From an uncultured Gemmatimonadales bacterium (GTDB lineage: Bacteria; Gemmatimonadota; Gemmatimonadetes; Gemmatimonadales; GWC2-71-9): a DNA stretch of 64,000 nt. A program made the position numbers and the translations under genes. The notes below the pieces were generated by a model. That model saw only the letters and a program-made list of their open reading frames with translations, had not been told where the DNA came from and did not search any database. This document shows, in pieces, positions 62,851 to 64,000 of the stretch; positions within the stretch are counted from its first letter, which is position 1; every line of letters starts with the position of its first letter. The stretch covers positions 1-64,000 of the forward strand of contig CAWCVB010000003.1 in the NCBI GenBank assembly GCA_963798915.1, in the 5' to 3' direction.

Positions 62851-63927
62851 ATGCTGCCCCTCCCGGCGACCGACCTCGGCCAGTTGCGTACGCGCGTGCG
62901 TGCCTTGGCGGAGAACCGGCCCGGGGTCTACCAGATGGTGGATGGCGGTGGAAAGGTGCTGTACGTCGGAAAAGCCAAGCGGGTACGCACCCGGCTCCTT
63001 TCCTATTTCCGGGCGAGTTATCCGGAGGACAAGGCCGCGCGCATTCTCTACGCCACCCACGACATCACGTGGCGTTACGTGCCCAGCGAGTTTGCGGCAT
63101 TGCTCACGGAACTCCGGCAGATTCGGCGGCACCGTCCCCACTTCAACTACCAGCTGAACCAGTCCCGCCGACCGGTACTGATCGCGCTGTCCGGAGGCCA
63201 CGCACCGAAGATGCGGGCATGCCGGACGCTGGCGGCACATGACCGGAAGGCCTACGGCCCGTTTCAATCGCTGGCGCGGGCCGCCGAAGCGGTACGCACC
63301 CTGAACGACCTGCTGGGCCTTCGCGATTGCGCCGAGGCGATGCCGATCGTGTATGCGGGCCAGGGCGACCTGTTCGGCGCCGACCGTCGCGCCGCCTGCG
63401 TGCGGCACGAGTTCGGTTTCTGCTCCGGTCCGTGTGCCGGGTTTGTCGCGGAGTGGGAATACCGTCAACGGGTCGAGACCGCCACGGCCTTCCTGGAGGG
63501 GCGGACCATCCAGCCGATGGATCGGGTCATCGACATGATGTCGGCGGCGGCCGGATCCACGGACTTTGAGCTGGCGGCGCGCTGGCGTGAGAAGTTCGAG
63601 CAGCTCGAGTGGCTGCTGGCGTCCACCAGCCGGGCCCGGTCAGCGGTCGACCTGCTCAGTTTCGTGTACCGCGACCCGGGTCTGCTCGGCGATGACCAGG
63701 CGTTCATCATCCGCGGCGGGCTGGTGCGTTCGAGCTGGCCCTGGCCCTCCACTCCCATCGAGGAAGCCGCCTTCCGCGCGGAAGTACAGGCCGAGCTGGC
63801 CAAGCCGCTTCCGCCACCGTTTCCTCTGCCGCTCGATGGGCTGGATGAGGTCCTGCTGCTCATGAAGTGGTTCCGGGCCCACTCCGACGCGCTTCGGCGC
63901 ACGACGGCGCTGGAGTCGTGGATGTAG
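62851..63927 (+). CDS. UvrC N-terminal-like (Cho-like) GIY-YIG nuclease with UVR domain
   Basis: PGVYQM..VLYVGKAK..RLLSYF, YGPF, Cys cluster C..C..CSGPC, M..AA...DFELAARWRE; no RNaseH/HhH C-terminal half. Confidence 0.85.
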   Translation: MLPLPATDLGQLRTRVRALAENRPGVYQMVDGGGKVLYVGKAKRVRTRLLSYFRASYPEDKAARILYATHDITWRYVPSEFAALLTELRQIRRHRPHFNYQLNQSRRPVLIALSGGHAPKMRACRTLAAHDRKAYGPFQSLARAAEAVRTLNDLLGLRDCAEAMPIVYAGQGDLFGADRRAACVRHEFGFCSGPCAGFVAEWEYRQRVETATAFLEGRTIQPMDRVIDMMSAAAGSTDFELAARWREKFEQLEWLLASTSRARSAVDLLSFVYRDPGLLGDDQAFIIRGGLVRSSWPWPSTPIEEAAFRAEVQAELAKPLPPPFPLPLDGLDEVLLLMKWFRAHSDALRRTTALESWM

Positions 63928-64000
63928 GCGCGCGCTGCCATTGCGAGCCTTGGTTTCTGCGATCAGGTTCCCATCTGAAACAATGCATCGGCCCGAGCGT

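Overview
High-GC bacterial chromosomal segment; ClpP/trigger-factor sequences and gene order suggest Gemmatimonadota (inference). The first ~7.2 kb is dense with frameshifts, probably low-coverage long-read consensus; the rest has only a few. The left 34 kb is a variable hotspot between tRNA-Leu and tig-clpP-clpX with three cargo blocks. (1) A 6.6 kb integrase-less defence island bounded by a tRNA 3' direct repeat, carrying an MmeI-like type IIL R-M enzyme and an EVE-nuclease. (2) A SAM-II riboswitch-led operon, aminotransferase - panB-like - fused metX/metB, followed by a poly-HAMP kinase signalling cluster. (3) After a decayed duplicate of REC/tig'/tRNA, a 13 kb respiratory block: a porin-multiheme cytochrome conduit (16+9+~9 hemes) divergent from an operon encoding a NapA-like molybdoenzyme, NapB-like and tetraheme cytochromes, and NrfC/NrfD-like subunits. 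The right 30 kb is mostly core genes (tig, clpPX, engB, trpE, maf, dtd, glmS, glmM, purD, mutM). The best candidates for undescribed biology are two. First, the riboswitch operon, whose gene set suggests an aspartate-independent route to homoserine and methionine (pyruvate + CH2-THF -> 4-hydroxy-2-oxobutanoate -> homoserine). Second, the NapA-like enzyme, which has Tyr where NapA has its Mo-ligating Cys and is linked to an extracellular electron conduit. All family assignments come from motif recognition by eye; no searches were run.
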